Of a stretch of 64,000 nucleotides of DNA, positions 48,280 through 60,801 are shown in pieces; the first letter of the stretch is position 1, and every line of letters starts with the position of its first letter. Both the position numbers and the translations under genes were made by a program. The notes under the pieces are model-generated. The model saw only the letters and a list, made by a program, of their open reading frames with translations, was not told the DNA's origin and did no database searches. Source of the DNA: Leucoraja ocellata (lineage: Eukaryota); assembly GCA_036785375.1 (NCBI GenBank), contig JAWMAR010000070.1, forward strand, positions 7,068,001 through 7,132,000, written 5' to 3'.

Positions 48280-50490
48280 TTCAGCCTCGTGCAAGCAGAA
48301 ACACTCCAAAAGGTCACGCTGTCCCAAGGATTCTTCCAGAAGATCGACAAAGGACCTCGTGGGGGCTGCCTTTTATAAGTCCCCGAACCTTGAGGGGCCG
48401 AACTACATAGGGGTGGTCTCTTTACAATCCAATCAAACATATTAATTACATCAGTATATTATAGACAGTTCCCCAGACCACTAATAGATCCCATACATTG
48501 TTTCAGGAGAAGCTTCTGGAAGATGCTAACTTAACTTGAATAATGCAACATTTACCCTGGAATTCAAACAAACCCTGCCAGGGCTCAACACTTTAGCCAA
48601 TCAACAAACAGTAGGATAACTGCCTGGCACATTATATACAATATTTACAATGCTGTTACAGTAATCCAATCAACCATGCATTTACACTTCATTGGAGGTC
48701 ATCTCCTTGCACGGAAATCGGCATCAAAACATAGGGGGCCACAATTCCATGGCAGCACACATGCACACGCATGCATGCGGCACACACGCGAGGATTCGGC
48801 CATGGGCCCTGTGGACAGTAACATCGGGAGCTGACTTGGTTGGTGACCGACTCCGAACTCCAGCAACAGCAGCTTCGTCCGCCCCGAACCGTGGGGCTTG
48901 AATCGGCCCGTTCGCGGGGCCTTTCATCGCCCGGCAGGGGTTTCAACATTGGCATTGATGTGGATAGAGAACTGGCTGGTCTCTTAATCTGAGGAAAGAC
49001 ATTATTGCCATAGAGAGAGTACAGAGAAAGTTCACCAGACTGATTCCTGGGATGTCAGGACTTTATGGCATACTGAGTTGGATGATCAGTATAATCATAT
49101 TAAATGGCAGTGCAGGCTCGAAGGGCCGAATGGCCTACTCCTGCACCTATTTTCTATGTTTCTATGGGAGCCTCGATCGCCTCGATCGCCTCGATGCAGC
49201 AGTTTGATTATAAGCCGCTTGGGCGCTGAAAGGCCCCGCGAACGGGACGATTCTGCCCATAGAAAGCGTCTGATAAAGTCCGGAACACAAAACATGGGCG
49301 GGGGGGGAATCGTCCCCCACCTCCCAAAGCATAGGGAGACGTGCCCCCTGTTCCCCCCCCCAGGATTTCCGCCCATGGCGGTCACGATGTCTCCTTCACC
49401 GCTGCAGTCTCGACGCCTCTTTGATGGCCGCGAAAAACCCCATGTGGGGCGTAGAAGGCCGGGTCGGATAAAGCGGAAAGTTAATTTCAATGAGGTCCTC
49501 CCCCTGACATCACTGGAAGCTGCTGGTCGACCACTCCCCCTTTGTGACATCACTCGAAGCGGGGTGAAGGTTTGCCGTTTAATAAGTTGGTTTTCACTAT
49601 TTTTAAAACGCTATAACTTGTGAACTACAGCATGTAATGTGAAGTGGAGGAGTTTATTTTGTCAAAGGGGTTAATGTGATTAATAATGTGCGGAGGAGGG
49701 GAGGAGGAGAGGGGAGAGAAGGAGGAGGGTAAAGACGAGGGGGAGGGAGTGTAAGAGACTCGCCTGCGCAGTTGTGGGGTATGGGTGAGTGGTGGAATAT
49801 TACGTTGGGGGGACGGGTACATCGCAAAGGAATCTCATTTAGATTTCTTGGGAGGGGGCTTTTCATTGTGGGGGGTGGAATTGCTGAGAGGTTTCATTTA
49901 CTCCTTATTTACAAAATAATTACGATTGTGGGGAGGGGTGGGTTGGAGGCGGGGGCTCCCCGTTTCATTGTGGGGGGGTGGAGTAAGAGAGAGGTTTCAT
50001 TTCCAGAATTTTCCTTGTGGGAGGATGGGGTGAGTATTGTGGGGTATGGGTGAGTGGTGGAATATTACGTTGGGGGAACGGGGCCCAACGGGTCCCACTT
50101 GGTCTAGTTATCATTATTTATTTAATGTTTCACGTTTACACCAATCTCTCCACCACCACGAACAAGCAGCACAAGACGCGACAAGACAGACACCATTTTA
50201 TGCAGATGCCGAGAAGTGTGATCAGCTCTGGCTGAACAACTAATCTTGTGTGTGGATTCGATAAGCAGAAGATTTAATGTCATAGTGTTATACAGTTATA
50301 GAGTGATACAGCATGGAAACAGGCCCTTCGGCCCAACTTGCCCACATTGGACAACATGTCCCAGCTACACTAGTCCCACCTGTCCACGTTTGGTCCATAT
50401 CCCTCCAAATCTGACCTATACCTGTTCCTGTCTAGCTGTTTCTTAAACGTCGGGATAGTTTCTGCCTCAACTGCGATGGGTTGACCAGAA

Positions 50491-50824
50491 CGAGACGTGG
50501 TGGAGACACAAGCAGGATGTGTGGGGCGCCTGGTTGGCCGCTGGCAGCTGGGATGACGTTGTTCTTGTTAAACGTTAACGGCTGATGCAACGACACGTTT
50601 GGCAGAGGGTGGAGAGGTCGCGGCTGACTCCGGCCAATGCTCCGTGGGAGGCAGTGATTGGTTGAATGTACGTGAGGGCAGACAATGAGGGGCAGGAGAA
50701 GCCGGGAGTCGGTATAAAAGGAGCGAGCGATGGCAGGAGATGAGAACAAGACCGACCCCGTCACCCTGTGTGGAGACTCCGGAGCTGGTAACCAACCCTG
50801 TGGATCCTTCAAGTGTCTGTGAGT
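50491..50824 (+). promoter_or_regulatory. Promoter and first exon of type C copy
   Basis: ERSE at 50643-50661, TATAAAA at 50713-50719 and donor at 50819. Confidence 0.7.
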
Positions 50825-51379
50825 GATGGGGGTGGGATTGTCTCTGTTCACTGTTCCCCCAGTTCAGAAGCCTGATAGCAGAGGGGAAGAAGCTGTTCCT
50901 GAGTCTGGTGGTGCGCGCTTTCAAGCTTCTGTACCTTCTGCTAGACAGGACCAGGGAGAAGGAGGAATGACCGGGGTGGGACAAGTGATGGAGTCATAGA
51001 GTCACAGCGAGACCTTTGGCCCAACTTGCCCGCGCCCACCAACGTGTCCCCATCAATACTAGACCCACCTGCCTGCGTTTGGCCCTTACCCCTCTAATCC
51101 TGTCCTATCAATGTACCTGTCTAACTGTTTCTTAATCATTGTGATAGTACCTGCCTCAACTACCTCTTCCGGCAGCTCGTTCCAAACACCCTCCACCCTT
51201 TGTGTAAAAAAGTCACCCCTCAGTTTCCCATTAAATCTTCCCCCCCCCCCCCCCCCCCCCCTCGCCTTAAACCGATGTCCTCTGGTTCTCGATTCCCCAA
51301 CTCTGGGCGGGTTCAGGGAATGTCATCATGAATCCTACTGAGTTGCAATAAGGTGACCCATTGTTTCACCCACAGGAAC

Positions 51380-51929
51380 ATGGGACTGCAGAGATGGATA
51401 GGATTCATGGTCCTTGTGGAGATGGCGTGGCAAGTCTCCGCAACTGGAACAGGTCCGATCTCCAGAGAATGGGGAGAGGAAGCAAACTTGGCCGGGTGGA
51501 ACGCACGGGCCCCTCGGCAAGTCACCAATGAACCGCTTCCAAGATGCACGAACGAGTCAGATTCTGACAATGATCACGGTGCATCGAATAGCGATATTAG
51601 GCTCATTGCATCTCCGGGTGATTCTTTGACGCTGCCCTGTAAAATATCCAAAGATTACAAACAACTCTGGTTAGTTCAGTGGAGACAAAACGATGTTGAA
51701 ATTGACAATTATAATGAGAAAACGTATGATGAATATACGGGATCTGATGTCCGCTGGATATTTGTGGATCTAGAATTCCTTTGGGACTGGGACGGCTCGT
51801 TGCTCCTGAGGCATAAAAGAGAAAGATGAAGGGATATATTCCTGTGTTTGGTTCATTGATACTCATGTGTTATGTGAAGAATTGGCCCAGCTGACAATCC
51901 TCCCAGTGATTCAGCAGGGCCCGACCTAG
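51380..51929 (+). pseudogene. Divergent acidic type C Ig-domain paralog with a 2-bp frameshift at ~51809
   Basis: ctg-a--ggc-ata versus ctg-aca-ggt-gta in B. Restoring 2 nt gives GIKEKDEGIYSCVWFIDTHVLCEELAQLTILPVIQQGPT*. As sequenced it stops at 51829, before the F-strand Cys. Confidence 0.8.
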
Positions 51930-52993
51930 GGTCAGTAGCAAAGTCTAGCTTAGTTTCGTTTTGTTTAGTTCTGGGAAACAGGCCCTTCGGCCCACAGTCA
52001 ACGGGGACCAGTGATCACCCAATATACACTAGTTCTATCCCACACACTGGATACAATTTACACCGACCAATTAACCTACAAACACGCACGTCCCTGGGAT
52101 GTGGGAGGAAACCGGAGCGCCCGTCGGTCACAGTGAGAACGTGCAAACTCCGTACAGACAGCACCCGGGGAATAGAGAGGGTGAATGCACTCTTTTACCC
52201 AGAGTGCGGGAATCAAGAACCAGGGGACACAGGTTTAACGTGAGAGGGGCGAATTTTGAAAGGAATCTGAGGGGCAACTTTTTCACTCAGGTGGGGGGGG
52301 GGGGGAGGTGTGTATGGAACGAGCTGCCAGAGGAGGTAGTTGAGGCAGGTTCTACAACAACATTTAATGGGCACTTGGATAGGTCCATGGATAGGAATGG
52401 TTTTATGGGGATATGGGCCAAATGTAATGAAATAGGACTAGCTTAGTGGGTCTGCATGGGCGAGGTCAAATGGCTATTTCCTACTAGCCAATTATTGTGC
52501 TTGTTAGTAGTGACTAGATAGATAGATAGAATCTTTATTTGCCACACGACCAGGGTTGGTGGTATGTGGGTTCGGTACATGATGCTACACTGCTTTAGTC
52601 ACATTAACACTAATAACAACACAGATCACAGTAATAAAGTGCATCCATACCACATCACAAATCACAAATCTCACCAACAATACATAGTGCAAAAGAACAA
52701 ACAAAGACCATAGACGAGACACTGTATACATCAAAAGTCTTAGTATTGTCTGATTATTGGAGGGAATTGAGTGTTCTTATTGCTGAGGGGAAGAAACTGT
52801 TTTTAAAGCGGGTGGATTTTGTAGCAAGTGACCTGAGGCGCCTCCCTGAAGGGAGAGACTGGAAAAGGTGGTTTGCTGGAGGGGAGGGGTCCGAGATGAT
52901 CTTTATTGCCCATTTTGAGGTACGTTGGAGATAAATGGAATGGATTGAGGGCAGGGGGGAGTTGATGATCCTGAGGCCTTAGAGACAATGCGC

Positions 52994-55900
52994 TGTAATC
53001 TGTGTAGTGAGTAGACTACACCTATTATGCGCGTTATATTATCAAGAGCTTGCCTCCGCTAGTTTGTACGAGTAGCTACTAGGAAATGCAATGTCCTGCA
53101 GATCTATGCTGTAAGTAGATTTAATAAACATGTGTTGTATCTTGATATGTGTCCGACTCAGCTCATTACATGATGTCCACCATGTCATGTTTTTTTAATT
53201 AGTTTATGTGTCTACTATATCCATCATGACACATTTTTGTCGCCTTCCTAGTCCTGTGATCTTTGACTCTGACGTCTTTTCGAGCATGACTACGCTCATT
53301 ATGCTGGCATTGTTCATCGCAACGACCCCCCCCCAATGTGCGTGCTTTTGTGTTGCTCAACTTAGCGGGACCTGAAGCTATGAATCGCGCTGGCAATTTC
53401 ACATTTGAGCCTGCTGTTCTGGATGCTAATGGTCAGGTCCTGGCGCCTGCTGAGACGAATGACGACCCTGCTGTCTTTCTTGCAAAGTTCAGATGGTTGT
53501 GTGATCTGCACTCAAACTATATTATTGAACGGAGGTACACAAAAATGCTGGAGAAACTCAGCGGGTGCAGCAGCATCTGTGGAGCGAAGGAAATAGGCGA
53601 CGTTTCGGGCCGAAACCCTTCCGGGTTTCGGCCCGAAACGTTGCCTATTTCTAGAAGTGTTTCGGGACGAAACGTTGCCTATTTACTTCGCTCCATAGAT
53701 GCTGCTGCACCTGCTGAGTTTCTCCAGCATTTTTGTCTACCTTTGTTCCATTTGATCTTCCGTTTGTGCACGTCGAGTTGATTGCATTAGTCGAAACAGG
53801 GCGGACCTCGTGAAGGTTGCAATCTTCAACCCCTGACATATGACGAAAGAATGGATCGACTGTGCTTGTATTCACTGGAATTTAGGATGAGACTGGAACT
53901 TATAAAAACATATAAAATTCTTAAGGGATCGGACAGACTAGATAGATGCAGGAAAAATATTCCCGATGTTGGGGGAGTCCAGAACCAGTGGTCACACAGT
54001 TTAAGAATAAGGTCTCGGCCATTTAGGACTGAGATGAAAAAAAACCTTTTCACCCAGAGAGTTGTGAATCTGTGGAATTCTCTGCCACAGAAGGCAGTGG
54101 AGGCCAATTCACTGGATGTTCTCAAGAGAGAGTTAGATTAAGCTCTTAGTGCTAACGTAATCAAGGGATATGGGGAGAAAGCAGGAACGGGGTAATGATT
54201 TAGGATGTTCAGCCATGATCATATTGAATGGCGGTGCTGGCTCGAGGGGCCGAATGGCCTCCTCCTGCACCAATTTTCTATGTTTCTGCACAATCCCAAC
54301 AAGGGTCAAAACTGGACTCTAATCAGCTGCTGCAACTGTGCAAGAGGCCAATGTAAGGGAGGCTCAGTGATACAGCTGTAGAGTTGCTGCCGTACAGCGC
54401 TAGTGACCCGGGTTCAATGCTGACTGTAGGTACTGTCTGTACGGTGGTTGTACTTTTTCCCTATGACCGTGAGGGTTTCGCCCAGGTGCTACAGTTTCCT
54501 CACAGATGTCAAAGACGTGCAGGTTTGTAGGTTAATTGGCTTCAGTAAATTGTCCCTTGTGTGTAGGTTAGAACTAGTGTACGGGCGATCACTCAAGTTC
54601 AAGTGTTTAAGAGAGATTATTGTCATGTGTCCCTGATAGGACAATGAAATTCTTGCTTTGCTTCAGCACAACAGAACATAGTAGGCATTTACTACAGAAC
54701 AGATCAGAGTTTCTCCAGCATTTTTGTGTACCTTTGATCTTCCAGCATCTGCAGTTCCTTCTTGAGCATATTATTGAACGGACCAAGTTTTATGCTCGTA
54801 TGCAACAGGTTGGTGAACCAAAGGTTTTATCAGTGACTTAAAACAAATGGCTGCACGCTGCTGATTTCAAGATCTCTGCGATGAACTCATCCATGACAAA
54901 CTTGTCGGAGGAATGCTTGATAGCAAGTTACGGGGTGAACTTCTTTGTAATACTGACCTAACCCTTAATCAAGCAGAGCATGCCTGTTGGATGCTGAGAT
55001 AACATCTTCCCACACTGAGTCTGTGTCCTCTGGTCACTGTTCGCAGCATAGTGTTAATCTTGCAGACTACTCCTCTTGTAACACCCACACAAGGTCTGTT
55101 CGATGTCAAAATTGCAACTATTTTCTTGCTAGGTGTCAGCAGTTCTGCGTTGCTTATGGTAAAGCCTGTAATTTCTGCAAGAAGTTAAACCACTTTTCTC
55201 GATGCTGCCGTTCCCGTGTGACTCAAGCAGCGTCAAGGATGAGCCTGCACCTGCTGCAACATGAGCTTGTTGATAATGACTTCCAAGAGCTTGATTTGCC
55301 ATCCCCCGCTCCACTCTCAGAAAGTACAGATACCAGTTCTGCAACCCATTCTCCCCTCCCTTCGTCTAACAAGCAACTTGACCCTGAGGTAACCATGTTT
55401 GTGATTAACAGGCCTTTAATCGCTAAGGTTGATACTGGCACAAAATGCAATGTCATCTCGTTAACAGAGTTTTAAAAATTCGTTATGCTGCATGTATTGA
55501 AAAGGCCTCGGCCACGCTTTGGACTTACGGGGGAGATGTTCTACACCCTCTTGGACAAGCTGATTTAAAGTGCACCATAGACAAGCAGACTCATACTTTA
55601 AAGGTTTATATTGTTAAGGGGGATTCAGAGACTTTGCTCAGTATCAACGCAATCCACGATCTAGGCCTGGTATAGTTTGGCTACGCCGTCCATCAAGACT
55701 TTCTCGCTGATGGACACACTCAACAGGTACTCTCTCAATACAAAGATCTGTTTAACGCCAAGCTTAGCAAATTGCCTATCAAATACCACATTGTTGTCGA
55801 TCCCAACATAACTCCTGTGGTCCGAGAACCGCATCATGCTCTGCACGCCATGCGTGGCAGAGTAAACAATGAACTCAAGCGGATGGTCTCCATGGGTGTT

Positions 55901-56607
55901 ATTGCCGAGGTTACAGACCCATCTGACTGGGTTTCCACAATGGTGGTCGCAACAAAGAAAAACAAAGAGGAGATCCATATCTGCATAAACCCCAGAGACC
56001 TTAACTGCCATCAAACGGCCACACTACCCAATGCGATTATTAGAGGAAGTTGCTGCTCAGGTAGGCAACACATCAGTATTCTCCATTCTGGATGCCAAGA
56101 GCTCATTTTGGAAGATTCCACTGGACCCAGACACGTCAAATCTCATTTCATTCGGCACCCCCTTTGGCCGATACAAATTTCTGAGAATGCCCTTTGGCAT
56201 CAACTCTGCCAGCGACGTTTTCCAGCGCACGATGGAACAATTGTTTGTTGAGTACCCATGTGCCATCATTGTTGATGACATTCTCGTCTACAGACGTGAT
56301 TGGACTGAACATGACGCCAATCTGAAGAAAGAACTATACAATGCCAAAGACATTCAGCTCAAACTCAATCCCTTGAAGGGCAAGTTTCGAGTTCCAGAAG
56401 ATACTGACGTTGGACATGTCTTCACAAGTGATGGTCTCAGACCAGACCCATCCAAAACTGCACCTATCAACAAAATGCCGGTTCCTTGGAATGGTCAACT
56501 ACCAGGGGAAATTTATTCCCAACCTCAGCGACATATCTGCCCCCTGTGGGAACTGACACACAAGGACGCTGCATGGTCATGGTATCCGCAGCACCAAAGA
56601 GTTTTCC
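52994..56607 (+). mobile_element. Decayed, 3'-truncated Ty3/Gypsy LTR retrotransposon
   Basis: 177-bp LTR TGTAAT...ATTACA (52994-53170) containing AATAAA. Gag has NYIIER|TKFYARMQQ and a CNFCKKLNHFSRCC zinc knuckle. The protease motif is KVDTG, and RT reads FSILDAKSSFW..YKFLRMPFG..IVDDILV. Confidence 0.85.
53534..54767. mobile_element. Composite 1.2-kb insertion in Gypsy gag (palindrome arms, CR1 piece and SINE) with a 15-bp flanking direct repeat
   Basis: ATATTATTGAACGGA occurs at 53519-53533 and 54768-54782. The interior is an inverted copy of ~15290-16330. Confidence 0.75.
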
Positions 56608-57394
56608 ATCAACCGTTCCTCAGCCCACCTGGCCATTATTTCAGGATGCTGCTGCAATTTATCACAACCATCTCCACTATCTGCAAAACCGCCTACTTTT
56701 GTGTCATCTCCCTTTACTTCTGTCCCTGTTTTGTTCCTGACAACATTCCCTTTTACTTTTGTTCCTGTTCTCAACACCTGCGGACTCCATGATTTTCCAC
56801 ATGTTGTTCCGGCCCCGTGTGGTCATGGACAATGTTGGACACAGCTCATAGAAGCCGGCGATGTTGCCCGTAGTGAGCAAGAGTTGCACAAAGTTCACAC
56901 CCAACTCAATGCCGGCGTACAAAGAATCACTCACACCGGCTGTCTTCAAGAGAGTTTATTTCCATTAATGATACATTTACCGATGCAAGCACGATCTGTC
57001 CCATTGCACTACATTTGCCCCATATCCCCCTAAACCTTTCCCTGTCCCAAGTGTGTATTAAATATTGTTACAATTCCCACCCCACCAGACAGTTCTATAA
57101 ACCCACCGCCCCCTGAGTGAAAATGTTGCCCTTCAGGTTCCTATTAAATCTTGCCCCTCTAACCTTAAACTTATGTCCCCCTGGTTCTTGATTCCCGTAC
57201 CCCAGGTAAAATATGTTTTGTGTTCACCCCTCTATTCCCCACATGATGAATTAAGTGACTACAATATAGAATGCTGTTGTTGGCCTAAGTATGTGGAGTT
57301 TATAATGATGGATGTTATTGTGTGTTTGTGCTGTCCTGCCACTGCCTGTTGCTTCTGTCACATGGGGGGGCCTGTGCTGGGTCAGTGTGAGGTT

Positions 57395-57910
57395 TCACTT
57401 CACTGTCAGCTTGATATTTAGTCTACATTCCTTTTGGCCAGTGAACCAAGAGCAGGAATATATCCCAATATCAGTCTCGAGTAAACCTATGATGACCAAC
57501 GAGGCATCCCGTGTCCCATCCACGTTTGTATTCATGAACCTCCAGCGGCCGACCCCCCCTGGATAAGTCGCTCCTTTCCCTTTAGTAAACACGCCCAGTA
57601 TCCCGCTCCCTTTACTCCAGGTGATCATAAAATCCGCGGGTCCAGTCTTCCCTGTGGGTACTTTACAGGGTAGCGTAGCAGAACCACCCTTGCGTGCCGT
57701 CACATCCGTGAATTTCATCTTGGTCGCAGCTGGCTTAGCACCGCATTCTGGAGAACTTTGTTTTTTGACTTGTCGAGGCTCCCGTGCGTTCCACCCGGGC
57801 AAGTTTGCTTCCTCTCCCCATTCTCTGGAGATCGGACCTGTTCCAGTTGCGGAGACTTGCCACACCATCTCCACAAGGACCATGAATCCTATCCATCTCT
57901 GCAGTCCCAT
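57395..57910 (-). CDS. Secreted single V-type Ig-domain precursor, type A copy 3 (A3), 171 aa
   Basis: Same architecture as A1, with 8 amino-acid differences, all in the mature domain. Confidence 0.85.
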   Translation of the reverse strand: MGLQRWIGFMVLVEMVWQVSATGTGPISREWGEEANLPGWNAREPRQVKKQSSPECGAKPAATKMKFTDVTARKGGSATLPCKVPTGKTGPADFMITWSKGSGILGVFTKGKGATYPGGVGRWRFMNTNVDGTRDASLVIIGLLETDIGIYSCSWFTGQKECRLNIKLTVK

Positions 57911-58494
57911 GTTCCTGTGGGTGAAACAATGGGTCACCTTATTGCAACTCAGTAGGATTCATGATGACATTCCCTGAAGCTGCTGCCACCACACTGGGCA
58001 ATGTCACTGTGCAGCTTCTACAGCTCCCGCCTGGTTTAGTTTAAGTTGCTTTGACCTGTCGTGGACCAACAACATTGAAGTGGCAGCCAAGGAGGCACAC
58101 CAATGCATCGACTTCCTCAGAGACAGAGGAAATACGACAAGTCTCCAATGTCTCTTAGAAACTTCTACAGATGCACCACAGAGAGCAGACTGTGGGGTTG
58201 CATCACAGCTTGGTTTGGGAACAGCTCTGAGCCCAAGACCACAAGATATTGCAGAGTTGTGGATGGAGCCCAGTCCATCACACAGACCACACTCCCCACC
58301 AGTGACTCCATCTACAACCAAAAAAATCAAAGTCTTGTCCCACCCCGGGCATTCCTCCTTCTCCCTGGTCCTGTCTAGCAGAAGGTACAGAAGCTTGAAA
58401 GCGCGCACCACCAGACTCAGGAACAGCTTCTTCCCCTCTGCTATCAGGCTTCTGAACTGGGGGAACAGTGAACAGAGACAATCCCACCCCCATC

Positions 58495-58872
58495 ACTCAC
58501 AGACACTTGAAGGATCCACAGGGTTGGTTACCAGCTCCGGAGTCTCCACACAGGGTGACGGGGTCGGTCTTGTTCTCATCTCCTGCCATCGCTCGCTCCT
58601 TTTATACCGACTCCCGGCTTCTCCTGCCCCTCATTGTCTGCCCTCACGTACATTCAACCAATCACTGCCTCCCACGGAGCATTGGCCGGAGTCAGCCGCG
58701 ACCTCTCCACTCTCTGCCAAACGTGTCGTTGCATCAGCCGTTAACGTTTAACAAGAACAACGTCATCCCAGCTGCCAGCGGCCAACCAGGCGCCCCACAC
58801 ATCCTGCTTGTGTCTCCACCACGTCTCGCTTTGGCCACCCATCGGACCAGATGTCCCAGCCACGCCACGTCA
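58495..58872 (-). promoter_or_regulatory. Promoter and first exon of A3
   Basis: UPRE at 58872-58865, ERSE at 58658-58676, TATAAAA at 58606-58600 and donor at 58500-58495. Confidence 0.7.
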
Positions 58873-58881
58873 CCACCACAG

Positions 58882-59830
58882 ATTCAGATTCAGATTCAGA
58901 TTCAATTTTAATTGTCATTGTCAGTGTACAGTACAGAGACAACGAAATGCATTTAGCATCTCCCTTGAAGAGCGACATAGCAAACGATTTGAATTAAAAA
59001 AAAAAAAAATAAGTGTCCGGGGGGGGGGGGGGGGGGGGGTGATTGGCAGTCACCGAGGTACGTTGTTTAGTAGAGTGACAGCGGCCGGAAAGAAGCTGTT
59101 CCTCGACCTGCTGGTTCGGCAACGGAGAGACCTGTAGCGCCTCCCGGATGGTAGGAGGGTAAACAGTCCATGGTTGGGGTGAGAGCAGTCTTTGGCGATG
59201 CTGAGCGCCCTCCGCAGACAGCGCTTGCTTTGGACAGACTCAATGGAGGGGAGCGTGGAACCGGTGATGCGTTGGGCAATTTTCACCACCCTCTGCAATG
59301 TCTTCCGGTCGGAGACAGAGCAGTTGCCATACCATACTGTGATGCAGTTGGTAAGGATGCTCTCGATGGTGCAGCGGTAGAAGTTCACCAGGATCTGAGG
59401 AGACAGATGGACCTTCTTCAGTCTCCTCAGGAAGAAGAGACGCTGATGAGCCTTCTTGATCAGAGTAGAGGTATTGTGGGTCCAAGAGAGGTCATCGGAG
59501 ATGTTGACTCCCAGGAACCTGAAGCTAGAAACACGTTCCACCTCCGTCCCGTTAATGTGGATGGGGGTGTGCGTGCCGCCTCTGGACTTCCTGAAGTCTA
59601 CAATGAGCTCCTTGGTCTTCTTGGAGTTAAGGGCCAGGTTGTTGTCAGCGCACCATGCTGCTAAGTGCTGGACCTCCTCCCTGTAGGCCAGCTCATCGTT
59701 GTTGCTGATGAGGCCAATCACCGTTGTATCATCTGCATACTTGATGATGGTGTTAGTACCATGTACAGGTGTGCAGTCATAGGTGAAGAGGGAGTAGAGG
59801 AGGGGGCTCAGCACACAGCCCCCTCAGCCC
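58882..59830 (-). mobile_element. Young 5'-truncated Rex1/Babar-type LINE insertion
   Basis: Uninterrupted 254-codon RT C-terminus (KYADD; KKAHQRLFFLRRL; FYRCTIESILT) with a (GAATCT)n tail. TSD CCACAG lies at 58876-58881 and 59831-59836, and the empty site is at ~1754-1759. Confidence 0.9.
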
Positions 59831-60801
59831 CCACAGCCCTTGGCACCTGCGCTGGTTCCACAGTTTATACTCAATCTGAGCCGGCAGCTGGGATGGCGTT
59901 GGATCAATTCTTCCTTCCCAACAACCATCAGGCTGTTGAACACGACACGACACTGAGGTCAACAATGAACATCTATGGAACATCTTTGGTTGCACTAAGG
60001 ATGTTGGCTTTTCACACTAGTATTGTGCTCTCTCATTTATTGAATTCTCTTTGAAAATTGAGGGGGGATCTTATAGAAACTTACAAAATTTGTAAGGGGT
60101 TGGACAGGCTAGATGCAGGAAGATCGTTGGGGAAGTCCAGGACAAGGGGTCACAGTTTATGGATAAGGGGGAAATCCTTTAGGACCGAGATGAGAAAAAG
60201 TTTTTTCACACAGAGAGTGGTGGATCTCTGGAATTCTCTGCCACAGAAGGTAGTTGAGGCCACAGTTCATTGGCTATATTTAAGAGGGAGTTGGATGTGA
60301 CCCTTGTGGCTAAAGAGATCAGGGGGTATGGAGAGAAGGCAGGTACGGGATACTGAGTTGGATGATCAGCCATGATCATGTTGAATGATGGTGCAGGCTC
60401 GAAGGGCCGAATGGCCTACTCCTGCACCTATTGTCTATGTTTCTATGAAAGCTAGGGCATAGGAAATAGGTAACGTTTCGGGCCGAACCCCTTCGGGATT
60501 CGGCCCGAAACGTTGCCTATTTCCTTCGCTCCATAGCTACTGCTGCACTACTGAGTTGGATGATCAGCCATGATCATATTGAATGATGGTGCAGGCTCGA
60601 AGGGCCGAATGGCCTCTACTCCTGCACCTATTTTCTATGTTTCCATGTTTGTTGCTTGTTACATATTTTGTTGCTTTATTGCTTTTAGTGGTTTATTGCT
60701 TAAAAGGCTCCTCAACAAAGGACACTTTCCAGTCATGGGTTTCCTTCCTGTTCCCCAGGCTCAGTGACTGATGACCAACAACTGTGGAGGAGCCATGGTG
60801 T

